NCBI GenBank assembly: GCA_963779415.1
Contig: CAVZYA010000001.1
Span: 992,001-1,056,000 of the forward strand
DNA length: 64,000 nt
Direction of reading: 5' to 3'
From: an uncultured Acidobacteriota bacterium
GTDB taxonomy: Bacteria; Acidobacteriota; Thermoanaerobaculia; UBA5066
Both the position numbers and the translations under genes were made by a program. Position 1 is the stretch's first letter; each line of letters begins with the position of its first letter. Positions 53,718-63,198 of the stretch are shown in pieces. A model generated the notes under the pieces. That model did not search any database. It worked only from the letters and a program-made list of their open reading frames with translations, and was not told the DNA's origin.

Positions 53718-55087
53718 GCCGCGCCCCCTTCGAAGAAGTCCCGGTGAAGCCGCCGGAGCGCCTCGGGGCCGTCCTTCGCGTCGACGACGAAAGTGATGTT
53801 CGTCTCCGAGGCTCCCTGCGAGATCAGGACGACGTTGACGTCCCGAAGCGCCGCGAAGACCCGCGCCGCCACGCCCGGCGTCGTCCGGAGCCCCTTCCCG
53901 ACGACGGAGACGACCGCGAGGTTCCGGAGGATCGAAACCTCCGCGAACTCCGAGAGGCTCGCCGCGAGGAGGTCGAGGGGCGCCTTCTCGTCGACCGTGA
54001 TCGAGATCGAGACCTCGCTCGTCGCGATGACGTCGACCGGGACCCGGTGCTTCTCGAAGACGGTAAAGACGCGGGCGGCGTATCCATGGGCGAAGAGCAT
54101 CCGCGGGCTCCCGACGAAGAGGGCCGCCACCCCTTTCCGCATCGCGACGGCGCGGACACCGTGCCCCGGAGCGTCGGCCTTGACGACCGTTCCGGCCACT
54201 TGCGGACGGAAGGTGTTTCGGACGGCCACGGGGATCCCGCGCGCGACGGCCGGACGGATCGCGGCCGGATGGAGGACCTTCGCTCCGAAAAAGGAGAGCT
54301 CGGCCGCCTCGGCATAGCCCACCTCGGGGACGAGCCGCGCCGCCGGGACGATTCGCGGGTCGGCCGTCAGAATGCCGTCCACGTCGGTCCAGATCTCGAT
54401 GACAGGAACGTTCGCACCGGCGTCTGCGAGGGCCGCGCCGAGAAGCGCCGCCGAGTAGTCCGACCCGCCGCGCCCGAGCGTCGTCGTGGAGCCGTCGGGC
54501 GCCTCGCCGAGAAACCCGCCCGTCACGACGACCTTTCCGGCGGAGAGCTCGGGAAGGGCCGCCGCGCCGACACGCCGGCCCGTCTCCGCCTCGTCGGGGA
54601 CTGCGCCCCCGTACGTCGCGTCCGTGGCGACGAGGCGCCGCGGATCGACCCAGACGGCCGGGACGCCGCGGGCGCGAAGGGCCGCGGCGACGAGGCGCGA
54701 GGAGATCAGCTCGCCCATGCTCAGGATCGCATCCGAGGTCCGAAGAGAGACTTCTTCGAGAAGGGAGATCCCCAGCGAGAGCTCGCGGACACGGCCCATC
54801 TCCCGCTCGAGGGCGTCACCGCACTCCCGAGCGTCCGCCCGGGGAAGCGCGAGAAAGTCGAGCGCGGCGCGGTGGCGGGCGCCAAGGACGTCGACGGCGG
54901 ACTCGGCCGACTCCCGGTCCTTCGCCTTCGAAGCACTCTTCAGGGTCTCCAACTGATCCGTGACCCCCCCCATCGCCGAGACGACGACGAGGGGCTGCTC
55001 GCCCCGGCGGGACGCGACGAGGTCGGCGACGCGGCCGATCCGCTCGCCGTCGCCGACGGAAGTTCCCCCGAATTTCAATACGATCAT
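53714..55087 (-). CDS. lysC: Aspartate kinase (AKIII-like)
   Basis: KFGGTSV, VVSAMGG, TLGRGGSDYSA, WTDVDG, FGAKVLHP, two ACT domains. Confidence 0.96.
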   Translation of the reverse strand: MIVLKFGGTSVGDGERIGRVADLVASRRGEQPLVVVSAMGGVTDQLETLKSASKAKDRESAESAVDVLGARHRAALDFLALPRADARECGDALEREMGRVRELSLGISLLEEVSLRTSDAILSMGELISSRLVAAALRARGVPAVWVDPRRLVATDATYGGAVPDEAETGRRVGAAALPELSAGKVVVTGGFLGEAPDGSTTTLGRGGSDYSAALLGAALADAGANVPVIEIWTDVDGILTADPRIVPAARLVPEVGYAEAAELSFFGAKVLHPAAIRPAVARGIPVAVRNTFRPQVAGTVVKADAPGHGVRAVAMRKGVAALFVGSPRMLFAHGYAARVFTVFEKHRVPVDVIATSEVSISITVDEKAPLDLLAASLSEFAEVSILRNLAVVSVVGKGLRTTPGVAARVFAALRDVNVVLISQGASETNITFVVDAKDGPEALRRLHRDFFEGGAA

Positions 55088-56163
55088 GTTCGGACGGAGA
55101 GACGGCCGGTCGCCGCGAGAAGCTCGGCGTTCAGGAGCGCCGCGCCGGCCGCGCCACGGATCGTGTTGTGGACGAGGAGGGTGAAGCGGACGTCGTAGAC
55201 CGGGTCGACGCGGAGCCGTCCCACCGTCACCGTCATTCCCTTCCCGGCCTCCACGTCGCGGGCCGGCTGCGGCCGGTCACGCTCTTCCCTCACGGCGATC
55301 GGCCGCTCCGGCGCGGAGGCGAGACGGAGCCGCTGCGGCTCGCCGGAGAACGTCTCGAGCGCGTGCTTCAGGTCGGCGAGGGACGCCCTCGACTTCAGCT
55401 TCAGGAAGACCGACTCGGTGTGCCCGTCCCGGACCGGAACGCGGTTGACGGAGACGGAGACCGCAAAGTCGGCGTCGACGACGCGCGTCTTCTCGAGCCT
55501 CCCGAGGATCTTCTTCGGCTCGCGCTCGATCTTCTCCTCCTCGCCGTCGATGAAGGGGACGACGTTCCCTTCGGCGTCGAGCGAAGGGACGCCCGGGTAG
55601 CCGGCTCCCGAGAGCGCCTGCATCGTCGTGACGCAGACGGCCTCGACGCCGAAGGCCCGGTGAAGCGGCGCGAGCGCCATCGCGAGGCCGACGACCGAGC
55701 AGTTCGGGTTCGTCACGATGCCCCCTCCCGACGCGCGCCACGGCTGCTCCTCCAGAAGAGCGAGATGGTCGGCGTTCACCTCCGGGATGACGAGCGGGAC
55801 GTCGGACCGCATCCGGAACGACTTCGTGTTCGAGACGACGAGCCGTCCCTTCCCGGCCTCGAGAGGCTCGACCGAGTCGGCCACGGCGGCGTCGAGCCCC
55901 GAGAGGAGGACGGGCGACGAGAAGTCGGCGTCGACCGGCTTGACGACGAGGCCGCGCGCTTCCTCCGGAACGTCCCCCGGCAGGATCCAGCGCGTCGCCT
56001 CGAGATAGCTCTTTCCCGCCGACCGCTCCGACGCCGCGACCTCGGCCAGGACGAACTGCGGGTGCCCCTCGAGAAGCGAGACGAGCCGCTGTCCGACGGC
56101 CCCGGTCGCCCCGAGCACGCCGACGGGGATTCTCTCTCTCAGGGCTTCCTTCGATCGGGCCAT
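55084..56163 (-). CDS. asd: Aspartate-semialdehyde dehydrogenase (archaeal/fungal-like subfamily)
   Basis: GATGAVGQ, IPEVN, NPNCS, MQALSGAGYPGV, HNTIRGAAG. Confidence 0.96.
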   Translation of the reverse strand: MARSKEALRERIPVGVLGATGAVGQRLVSLLEGHPQFVLAEVAASERSAGKSYLEATRWILPGDVPEEARGLVVKPVDADFSSPVLLSGLDAAVADSVEPLEAGKGRLVVSNTKSFRMRSDVPLVIPEVNADHLALLEEQPWRASGGGIVTNPNCSVVGLAMALAPLHRAFGVEAVCVTTMQALSGAGYPGVPSLDAEGNVVPFIDGEEEKIEREPKKILGRLEKTRVVDADFAVSVSVNRVPVRDGHTESVFLKLKSRASLADLKHALETFSGEPQRLRLASAPERPIAVREERDRPQPARDVEAGKGMTVTVGRLRVDPVYDVRFTLLVHNTIRGAAGAALLNAELLAATGRLSVRT

Positions 56164-56185
56164 AAGTCGATCCTTTCAGAAAACG

Positions 56186-56210
56186 AAAAAGCCCGCCGTC
56201 TCCGGCGGGC
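56186..56210 (-). terminator. Intrinsic terminator (attenuator) upstream of asd
   Basis: GCCCGCCG-GAGA-CGGCGGGC followed by TTTTT on the minus strand. Confidence 0.85.
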
Positions 56211-56247
56211 CTGGTTGAATCGGTTTCCTCTCCTGACCTTGAGCCTT

Positions 56248-56328
56248 CTAGAGGACCTCTTCCCCGGCCGCCGTCGGCGTCGTCTTTCGAATCGTCGTCC
56301 GCTTTCGGGTGGCGAGGGGCGGAATCAT
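56248..56328 (-). CDS. Leader peptide MIPPLATRKRTTIRKTTPTAAGEEVL
   Basis: 26-aa ORF (6 Thr, 2 Ile, 2 Lys) between promoter and terminator. Confidence 0.75.
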   Translation of the reverse strand: MIPPLATRKRTTIRKTTPTAAGEEVL

Positions 56329-56337
56329 TGGCGCAAA

Positions 56338-56366
56338 AGCCTAGGGACAACGTCTCCCGGTGTCAA
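56338..56366 (-). promoter_or_regulatory. Sigma70 promoter TTGACA-N17-TAGGCT of the lysine operon
   Basis: Consensus -35, 17-nt spacer, -10 ends 9 nt before the leader ATG. Confidence 0.8.
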
Positions 56367-56421
56367 GCCGGACGCGCCGCGGTCCATAATCCGCTCCCCG
56401 CCTTCGCGGGCCTCTCCGACG

Positions 56422-57393
56422 ATGACGCCTCTCCCCCCGGAGCGCCTTCTCGACCTCTATCGGCTCATGCTCCTGAACCGGCTGCTGGAAGAGCGCCTCG
56501 TGAACCTCTATCGGCAGGGAAAGATCGTCGGCGGGCTCTACCGCTCGCTCGGGCAGGAGGCGACGTCGGTCGGGACGGCCTTCGCGCTCGAGGAGGGGGA
56601 CCTCCTGTCGCCGCTGATCCGGAACCTCGGCTCGGTCCTGACGCGGGGCGCGGCGCCGCGGGAGATCTTCGCCCAGTACCTCGGCCGTGCGACCTCCCCT
56701 TCTCGCGGGAAGGAAGCGCACCTGAACTTCTGCCTCCCGGATCGGGGGATCTACGCCGGGACAGCGATGCTCTCCACGATGATCCCCGTGATGGCGGGGA
56801 TGCTCCTCGCCGATGGCATTCTCGGGAAGCGGACGGTCGGGATGACGTACGTCGGCGACGGAGCGACCTCGGTCGGCGCGTTCCACGAGGGGCTCAACTT
56901 CGCCGCCGTCCGGAAGCTGCCGCTCGTCCTCGTCGTGGAGTTCAACCGCTGGGCCTACTCCACCCCCTTCGAACGGCAGTCGGCCGCGCGGACGCTGGCC
57001 GACAAGGCGCTCGGATACGGCATGGCCTCCGAGGTCGTGGACGGGAACGACGTCGTCTCGGTCTTCCAGGCGGCTCGCGGGGCGGTCGCCCGCGCCCGGC
57101 GCGGCGACGGGCCGACGCTCCTCGAATGCAAGACCTACCGGATGAAAGGGCACGCCGAGCACGACGCACAGGGCTATGTCTCGAAAGAGGAGCTCTCCGC
57201 GTGGCACGAGCGCGACCCGATCGCGCGCCTCGAGCGGGATCTCGAAGCCGAAAGCCTCCTCACCGAGGCGGGACGGCAGGCTCTTCGCGAAGAGATCCTT
57301 TCGGGCCTCGACGGGGACCTCGCCTGGGCGGAGTCGTCCCCCATGCCCGATCCCGCGGAGGCGCTCCGGGGCGTCTTCGCGGAGGCGCCCTGA
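56422..57393 (+). CDS. 2-oxoacid dehydrogenase E1 alpha (branched-chain-like)
   Basis: GQEA, GDGATS...N ThDP motif, YRMKGHAEHD. Confidence 0.92.
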   Translation: MTPLPPERLLDLYRLMLLNRLLEERLVNLYRQGKIVGGLYRSLGQEATSVGTAFALEEGDLLSPLIRNLGSVLTRGAAPREIFAQYLGRATSPSRGKEAHLNFCLPDRGIYAGTAMLSTMIPVMAGMLLADGILGKRTVGMTYVGDGATSVGAFHEGLNFAAVRKLPLVLVVEFNRWAYSTPFERQSAARTLADKALGYGMASEVVDGNDVVSVFQAARGAVARARRGDGPTLLECKTYRMKGHAEHDAQGYVSKEELSAWHERDPIARLERDLEAESLLTEAGRQALREEILSGLDGDLAWAESSPMPDPAEALRGVFAEAP

Positions 57394-58427
57394 TGGCCGA
57401 CCCGCGGGCGAAGGAAGGAGCGGCCCTGACGCTCGAGCCGCCCGACGCGCCGGGGGCCGAGACGTTCTTCGTCGAGGCGGTCCGGCAGGCGCTCTTCGAG
57501 GAGATGGAGAGGGATTCGCGCGTCGTCCTGATCGGCGAGGACATCGGGCACTACGGCGGCGCTTTCAAGGCGACCGACGGTCTCCTCTCCCGCTTCGGCG
57601 AGCGGCGCGTCCTCGACACCCCGATCAGCGAGGAGGCGGTCGTCGGTGGCGCGATCGGCGCCGCGCTTCGCGGGCTCCGACCCGTCGCCGAGATTCAGTT
57701 CATGGACTTCATCGCGCGCGCCTTCGACCTCCTCGCGAATTTCGCGGCCAAGTACCGTTACCGGACCGGCCTCGGCGTTCCGATGGTCGTCCGCGGGCCG
57801 TGCGGCGCCGGCGTCCACGGCGGGCCGTTCCACTCGCAGACGCCCGAGGCGTGGTTCACTCACGTTCCGGGGCTGAAGGTCGTCTTCCCGGCCACCGCCC
57901 GGGACGCGAAAGGGCTCCTCAAGTCCGCGATCCGGGACGAGGACCCCGTTCTCTTCTTCGAGCACAAGTTCCTCTACCGCCGAGTCCGCGACCGGATTCC
58001 CGCGGGAGACGGCGCCGTCCCGATCGGAAAGGCCGCCCTCCGCCGGCCGGGGCGGGACCTGACGATCTTGACGTACGGCGCGATGCTCTGGACGGCGCTC
58101 GAAACGGCCGAGGAGCTTTCGAGGGAGGGGATCGAAGCCGGCGTGCTCGACCTCCGGACGCTCCGGCCGCTCGACGAAGAAGCGATCCTCGCCTCGGTCT
58201 CCCGGACGTCGCGGTGCCTCATCTTTCACGAGGACACCCGGACGGCGGGGGTGGGGGCCGAGGTAGCGGCGCTCGTCTCGGAGAAGGCGTTCGAGAGGCT
58301 CGACGCTCCGATCGTCCGGGTCACGGCTCCCGACACGCCCGTCCCCTTTTCCCCGCCTCTCGAGGAGGCGTTTCTCCCGAACACCCGTACACTCATTGCC
58401 GCGGCCCGGAAGCTGGCCGCCTACTAG
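57393..58427 (+). CDS. 2-oxoacid dehydrogenase E1 beta
   Basis: GEDIG, DTPISE, EIQFMDF, GGPFHSQ, FFEHK, DLRTL. Confidence 0.93.
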   Translation: MADPRAKEGAALTLEPPDAPGAETFFVEAVRQALFEEMERDSRVVLIGEDIGHYGGAFKATDGLLSRFGERRVLDTPISEEAVVGGAIGAALRGLRPVAEIQFMDFIARAFDLLANFAAKYRYRTGLGVPMVVRGPCGAGVHGGPFHSQTPEAWFTHVPGLKVVFPATARDAKGLLKSAIRDEDPVLFFEHKFLYRRVRDRIPAGDGAVPIGKAALRRPGRDLTILTYGAMLWTALETAEELSREGIEAGVLDLRTLRPLDEEAILASVSRTSRCLIFHEDTRTAGVGAEVAALVSEKAFERLDAPIVRVTAPDTPVPFSPPLEEAFLPNTRTLIAAARKLAAY

Positions 58428-58436
58428 AGAGGTCCC

Positions 58437-59891
58437 ATGCCGACGAACGTCATCATGCCGCAGATGGGCGAGTCGATCGCCGAGGGAACGCTGACGAAGT
58501 GGCTCAAGAAGCCGGGCGAGAGCGTCAAGCGCGACGAGCCGCTATTCGAGATCTCCACCGACAAGGTGGACGCCGAGATTCCGGCCCCGGCCTCGGGAGT
58601 CCTCGTTCAGGTCCTCGTCGAAGAGGGAAAGACGGTCCCGATCAACACCGTCGTCGCCATTCTCGGAGAAGCCGGCGAATCCGCCGGGGCGGGAGTACCG
58701 CCTTCGGCGGCCGATTCTTCGAATGCACCGGAGGAGGCGGCCCCTGCTCGCCGCTTCGAGGCGCCCGTGCCGCCACCTGCCGCCCCGGCGCCGAGCGCTC
58801 TTCCCGCCTCGGCTCCGCCGCAGCCTGGCGAAACGACGGAGGAAATCCTCCGTCGCCGCTCCTCCCCGGTCGTCCGCGCCATCGCGGAAGAGCACGGCGT
58901 CGACATTTCGGGAATCGCCGGCACGGGAATCTCCGGCCGCGTGACCAAGGCCGACATTCTCGCGGTCGTCGAGAGCGGCGGGCCGAAGGCCGCACCGACA
59001 CCGGTCCCGGCCACGGCTCCTGCCCCGGCTCCGGCGCCGGTGGTGGCGCGTCCGGCGCCCCCGGCTCCCGCAGCTCCCGCGCCGGCACCGCCCCCTGCCG
59101 CCATGACCGTTGCCGCTCCGGCTCCGACCGTACCGGCGCCTCCGGCCCACGCGCCGATCGTCACCTTCTCCGGATCGGCCGTCGTCGTCGAGCCGATGTC
59201 GGCGATGCGGAGGAAGATCGCCGAGCGGATGGTGGAGTCGAAGCACACCTCCGCGCACGTCACCTCCGTCTTCGAGGTCGACTTCACGAACATCGCGCGG
59301 CTCCGCGACCGGGTGAAGGAGCGCTTCGAGGGGCAGTACGGGACGAAGCTGACCTACATGCCGTTCGTCTTCCGGGCGGCGATCACGGCCCTCAAGGCGC
59401 GGCCGCTCCTGAACGCCTCGATCTCGGGCGACGAGATCGTCTTCCACAAGGAGATCAACCTCGGGATGGCCGTCGCGCTCGATTGGGGGCTCATCGTCCC
59501 GGTCATCCGGCGCGCCGACGACCTCTCGCTCGTCGGCCTCGCCCGCGCGGCGAACGACCTCGCGGGGAGGGCCCGGACGAAGAAGCTCCTTCCCGACGAG
59601 GTGGCGGGTGGGACGTTCACCATCACGAACCACGGCGGGTTCGGCTCTCTCTTCGCCTCCCCCGTCATCAACCAGCCGCAGGTGGCCATCCTCGGCGTCG
59701 GCGCCATCGAGAAGCGGGCGAAGGTCGTCACGATGGCGGACGGCTCCGACACGATCGCGGTCCGGACGATGGCCTTCATGGGGGTCACGTTCGACCACCG
59801 CCTCGTCGACGGGGCCGAAGGCGACACGTTCATGAGCATCGTGAAGAACACTCTCGAGAACGAGCGGTGGACGGAGCTGGAGTCGCTCTGA
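58437..59891 (+). CDS. Dihydrolipoamide acyltransferase E2
   Basis: Lipoyl domain STDKV, E3-binding GTGISGRVTK, catalytic DHRLVDG. Confidence 0.94.
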   Translation: MPTNVIMPQMGESIAEGTLTKWLKKPGESVKRDEPLFEISTDKVDAEIPAPASGVLVQVLVEEGKTVPINTVVAILGEAGESAGAGVPPSAADSSNAPEEAAPARRFEAPVPPPAAPAPSALPASAPPQPGETTEEILRRRSSPVVRAIAEEHGVDISGIAGTGISGRVTKADILAVVESGGPKAAPTPVPATAPAPAPAPVVARPAPPAPAAPAPAPPPAAMTVAAPAPTVPAPPAHAPIVTFSGSAVVVEPMSAMRRKIAERMVESKHTSAHVTSVFEVDFTNIARLRDRVKERFEGQYGTKLTYMPFVFRAAITALKARPLLNASISGDEIVFHKEINLGMAVALDWGLIVPVIRRADDLSLVGLARAANDLAGRARTKKLLPDEVAGGTFTITNHGGFGSLFASPVINQPQVAILGVGAIEKRAKVVTMADGSDTIAVRTMAFMGVTFDHRLVDGAEGDTFMSIVKNTLENERWTELESL

Positions 59892-60583
59892 CGCGGCCGA
59901 TCGAGGTCGTCTCTCTTCTCTCCGAGGGCCGCGTCGCGTACGACGCGGCCCTTCGGCTTCAGCGCGAGGCCGAGGCGCGGGTCCTCGCCGGCGGTCAGGA
60001 AAGCCTCTTTCTCCTCTCGCACGAGGACGTCATCACGATCGGCCGGAACGCGGGCCGGAAAGACCTTCTCGTCTCCGAGGGCTTTCTCGCGGAGAGGGGG
60101 ATCGCCCTGTGCGAGTCGGACCGGGGCGGGAAGCTGACGTTTCACGGCCCCGGCCAGCTCGTGGCCTACCCTGTCATGAACCTCGTCCCGGACCGGACCG
60201 ACGTCCGGCGGTACGTTCACGACCTCGAGGAGACCCTGATCCGGACCGCGGCCGACTTCGGTGTCACCGCCGGGCGCAGTGCCCTTCCCGGACGCTGGTC
60301 CTCCGTCTGGGTCGGGAACGACAAGCTCGCCGCGATCGGTGTCCATCTCTCCCGGTGGGTCACGACGCACGGCGCCGCCCTGAACGTCTCGACCGACCTC
60401 TCGCGCTTCGGGCTGATCGTCCCCTGCGGCATCCCGGACGGAGGCGTCACGTCCCTCGAGCGTCTCCTCGCGCCGAAGCCGGCGCCGTCGCTCTCCGAGG
60501 TCGCCACGCGTTTCGTGGCCCGCTTCGCCGAGGTCTTCGACCGGACGCCGGTGGAACCCGGAGGGCCGGTGTCCGCCTCCTAG
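59888..60583 (+). CDS. lipB: Octanoyltransferase
   Basis: DRGGKLTFHGPGQLVAYP, KLAAIG, HGAALN, IVPCG; start uncertain (CTG overlapping E2 stop). Confidence 0.9.
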   Translation: MTRPIEVVSLLSEGRVAYDAALRLQREAEARVLAGGQESLFLLSHEDVITIGRNAGRKDLLVSEGFLAERGIALCESDRGGKLTFHGPGQLVAYPVMNLVPDRTDVRRYVHDLEETLIRTAADFGVTAGRSALPGRWSSVWVGNDKLAAIGVHLSRWVTTHGAALNVSTDLSRFGLIVPCGIPDGGVTSLERLLAPKPAPSLSEVATRFVARFAEVFDRTPVEPGGPVSAS

Positions 60584-60924
60584 GCTTTGTCCGGGGCCGC
60601 CGCCCCCCTCGAGAAGGCCGCCTCGAACTCCTTGTAGGCCGCCCGGATCTCGGGACGCGCGGGCTTCTCCGCGACGAGGTAGTGGAGGAACGTGCTCTTC
60701 CTCGGGGTCACTTTCGACTTCACCTTCGTATCCATCAGGGCGTCTAGCAGCGCCTCACCCACACCCCTCACGGTTCGGGGATCCGCCGCTCCCCCGGAGC
60801 GGAGCGCTTCCAGAACTTCGTGGGCTTTCTTCGCTCCGTCTCCCCCGAATGGCTTCAGGATCCGCGCGGCTTCCTCCGCCGCCTTGAGCCGCCGCACCGT
60901 GCCGCGGTCATCGGTCTCTCCCAT
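60580..60924 (-). CDS. Hypothetical protein (114 aa)
   Basis: Coding-like helical ORF filling the lipB-lipA gap. Confidence 0.6.
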   Translation of the reverse strand: MGETDDRGTVRRLKAAEEAARILKPFGGDGAKKAHEVLEALRSGGAADPRTVRGVGEALLDALMDTKVKSKVTPRKSTFLHYLVAEKPARPEIRAAYKEFEAAFSRGAAAPDKA

Positions 60925-60991
60925 ACGGTGTCCAAGTATGGCTCCCGTCGGCCCCGGACACCAGCGCCGGCCGCGCGGCTAGACTCCCCCC

Positions 60992-61903
60992 GTGAGCACG
61001 AAGCTCCCCTCGTTCCAGCCGAATCCGGACCGGCCGCTCTACCGCGTCACCCCCCGGCCGGAATGGCTGAAGATCCGGATCGAGGAGACCGGAGATTACC
61101 GGGAGGTCCGGGAGCTTCTCGCGAAGAGGAAGCTCAACACCGTCTGCGAGGAAGCCGAGTGCCCGAACCTCTTCGAGTGCTGGGGACGCGAGCGGACGGC
61201 GACGTTTCTGCTCATGGGGGACGTCTGCACCCGGCATTGCGGCTTCTGTGCGGTGACCCAGGGGAGCGGGCGTCCGCTCGACCCCGACGAGCCGCGGCGC
61301 GTGGCCGACGCCGTCCAGGCGATGGGGGTCCGCCACGCCGTCGTCACCTCGGTGAACCGGGACGAGCTTCCGGACGGGGGCGCCGCGCACTTTGCCGCCA
61401 CGATCCGGGAGATCCGCGCCCGAGTCCCCGGGGTCACCGTCGAGGCGCTGATCCCCGATTTCCTCGGGAGCGAGGCGGCGCTGAAGACGGTTCTCGACGA
61501 ACGCCCCGAGGTGCTGAACCACAATCTCGAGACGGTCGAGCGGCTCTACCGCCGCGTCCGCCCGGACGCGGTCTACGCGCGGTCGCTGGAGCTGCTGCGC
61601 CGGGCGGCCGAGAGGGGAGACGAAGAGGAGAATTCCTTGAAAGTGAAGAGCGGCTTGATGGTCGGCCTCGGCGAGTCGAGGGACGAAATCGAGGCGACGC
61701 TGTGCGACCTCCAGGCCTCGGGCGTTGATGTCGTGACGATCGGCCAGTATCTCCAGCCGCACGCCCGCCGCCTGCCGATCGAGCGGTACGTCACGCCGGA
61801 GGAGTTCCGGGAGCTGAAGGAGTTCGGGGAGGGGATCGGAATCCGCCTCGTGGAGTCAGGCCCGCTGGTCAGGTCGAGTTACCACGCCCGAAGGGCGCTT
61901 TGA
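60992..61903 (+). CDS. lipA: Lipoyl synthase
   Basis: [33 protein letters not shown]. Confidence 0.97.
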   Translation: MSTKLPSFQPNPDRPLYRVTPRPEWLKIRIEETGDYREVRELLAKRKLNTVCEEAECPNLFECWGRERTATFLLMGDVCTRHCGFCAVTQGSGRPLDPDEPRRVADAVQAMGVRHAVVTSVNRDELPDGGAAHFAATIREIRARVPGVTVEALIPDFLGSEAALKTVLDERPEVLNHNLETVERLYRRVRPDAVYARSLELLRRAAERGDEEENSLKVKSGLMVGLGESRDEIEATLCDLQASGVDVVTIGQYLQPHARRLPIERYVTPEEFRELKEFGEGIGIRLVESGPLVRSSYHARRAL

Positions 61904-61907
61904 GAGG

Positions 61908-62141
61908 TCATTCTCCGTCGTTACCGATCGCCTCGACCGGGCAGGAGTCCAGCGCCTCCTGGCACTGCGCTTCCTCTTCCGGGGTCTCGGCCGCCTTGAA
62001 GACGTAGGAGTAACCCTTCTCCTCGTTCCTCTTGAAGTTGTTCGGCGCCGTCACCCGGCAGACGTCGCAGTCGATGCACTGGGTGTCGACATAGAACTTC
62101 CCGGCGGCGTTGTCCTCGTACTTGTCGTCTTTGTTCGCCAT
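61908..62141 (-). CDS. Ferredoxin (single cluster)
   Basis: CIDCDVC...CPVEAIG, 77 aa. Confidence 0.92.
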   Translation of the reverse strand: MANKDDKYEDNAAGKFYVDTQCIDCDVCRVTAPNNFKRNEEKGYSYVFKAAETPEEEAQCQEALDSCPVEAIGNDGE

Positions 62142-62169
62142 GGCGCGGGAAGATACCATGCGCCTCCCG

Positions 62170-62535
62170 ATGAGAAGAAGACTCCGGCTCGTCCGCGTGC
62201 TTCCCGCAGGGGCGGCGCTCCTCGCCGTCGCGTGCGGGCCATCGGATCCGGGCGAGAGGGTCTGGATGCGTAAATGCTCGGCCTGCCATGGTCGCGAGGG
62301 GCGCGGCGACACGCGTTTCGCGGCGGGGCGGCCCTTCGCCGTCCTGACCGACGACCTCTGGAAGCACGGCGGCGACCTCGCCTCCATCCGCCTGCTCGTC
62401 GCCAGCGGCGATCCGGGGAGCCAGATGCCCCCCTTCGAAGGGCGCCTGTCGCCCGAGGAGATCGACGCCGTGTCGCGGCATGTCCTCACGCTCTGGGCCC
62501 GCGCGCACGGGACGCCCGTGCCGGAGGCGAAGTGA
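62170..62535 (+). CDS. Small c-type cytochrome (probable lipoprotein)
   Basis: LAVAC lipobox-like, CSACH, QMPPF axial Met. Confidence 0.85.
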   Translation: MRRRLRLVRVLPAGAALLAVACGPSDPGERVWMRKCSACHGREGRGDTRFAAGRPFAVLTDDLWKHGGDLASIRLLVASGDPGSQMPPFEGRLSPEEIDAVSRHVLTLWARAHGTPVPEAK

Positions 62536-63197
62536 GCGGATTCCGTCGGCTCCCCCTCTTTCCTCTTTCGGGCGTCGTCTTCCTCCCGGAGACGACGCTC
62601 CCGCTCCACGTCTTCGAGCCCCGCTACCGCGCGATGCTCTCGGACGTCCTCGCCGGAGAGAAGCTGATCGGCGTCCACCTTCTCGCACCCGACGCGGCGC
62701 CGGATCCAGCCGGGCGTCCGGCCGTCCATCCGGTCGGATGCGCGGGCGAGATCGTCGAGCACGAGCCGCTCGAGGACGGGCGCTCGAACATCGTCCTTTA
62801 CGGGCTCTTCCGCTACCGGATCGACCGCGAAGATCCCGCCGTAAAGCCGTACCGGATCGCCGAGGTGACGCCCCTCCCCGTCGTCCCGCTCCCCGACGCC
62901 CCGGGCGCTCCCGCCGCGGCGCGCCGGATCCGTCTCGTCTCCGAGGTCGGAAGGCTCGCCGAGGCCGTCGGCCGGCCGCAGGCGAGGGAGCTTCCGGAAG
63001 GCCTCTCCGAGGAAGGGCTCGTGAACGAGATCCTCCTCCGGCTCGGCATCGACGCCGAGGACGGATACCGCCTCCTCGAGATGGACCGGCTGGAGGAGCG
63101 GTACGCATGGGCGGAACAGCTCGTCACCTCGATGACGCGGCGGATCGAGCTTCTGGCGCCGTACCGGCCGCCCGGGATGGAGCCCCGCTGGAACTGA
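62532..63197 (+). CDS. LON peptidase N-terminal (substrate-binding) domain protein
   Basis: LPLFPL..VFLP..LPLHVFEPRY, VGC, DGR, PYR. Confidence 0.88.
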   Translation: MSGFRRLPLFPLSGVVFLPETTLPLHVFEPRYRAMLSDVLAGEKLIGVHLLAPDAAPDPAGRPAVHPVGCAGEIVEHEPLEDGRSNIVLYGLFRYRIDREDPAVKPYRIAEVTPLPVVPLPDAPGAPAAARRIRLVSEVGRLAEAVGRPQARELPEGLSEEGLVNEILLRLGIDAEDGYRLLEMDRLEERYAWAEQLVTSMTRRIELLAPYRPPGMEPRWN

Positions 63198-63198
63198 C

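Noticed and set aside
58980-59160. GC-rich repeats in the E2 gene
   Set aside because: Ordinary Pro/Ala linker of dihydrolipoamide acyltransferases.
56422-61903. Absence of E3 (lpdA) from the dehydrogenase cluster
   Set aside because: E3 is commonly shared between complexes and encoded elsewhere.
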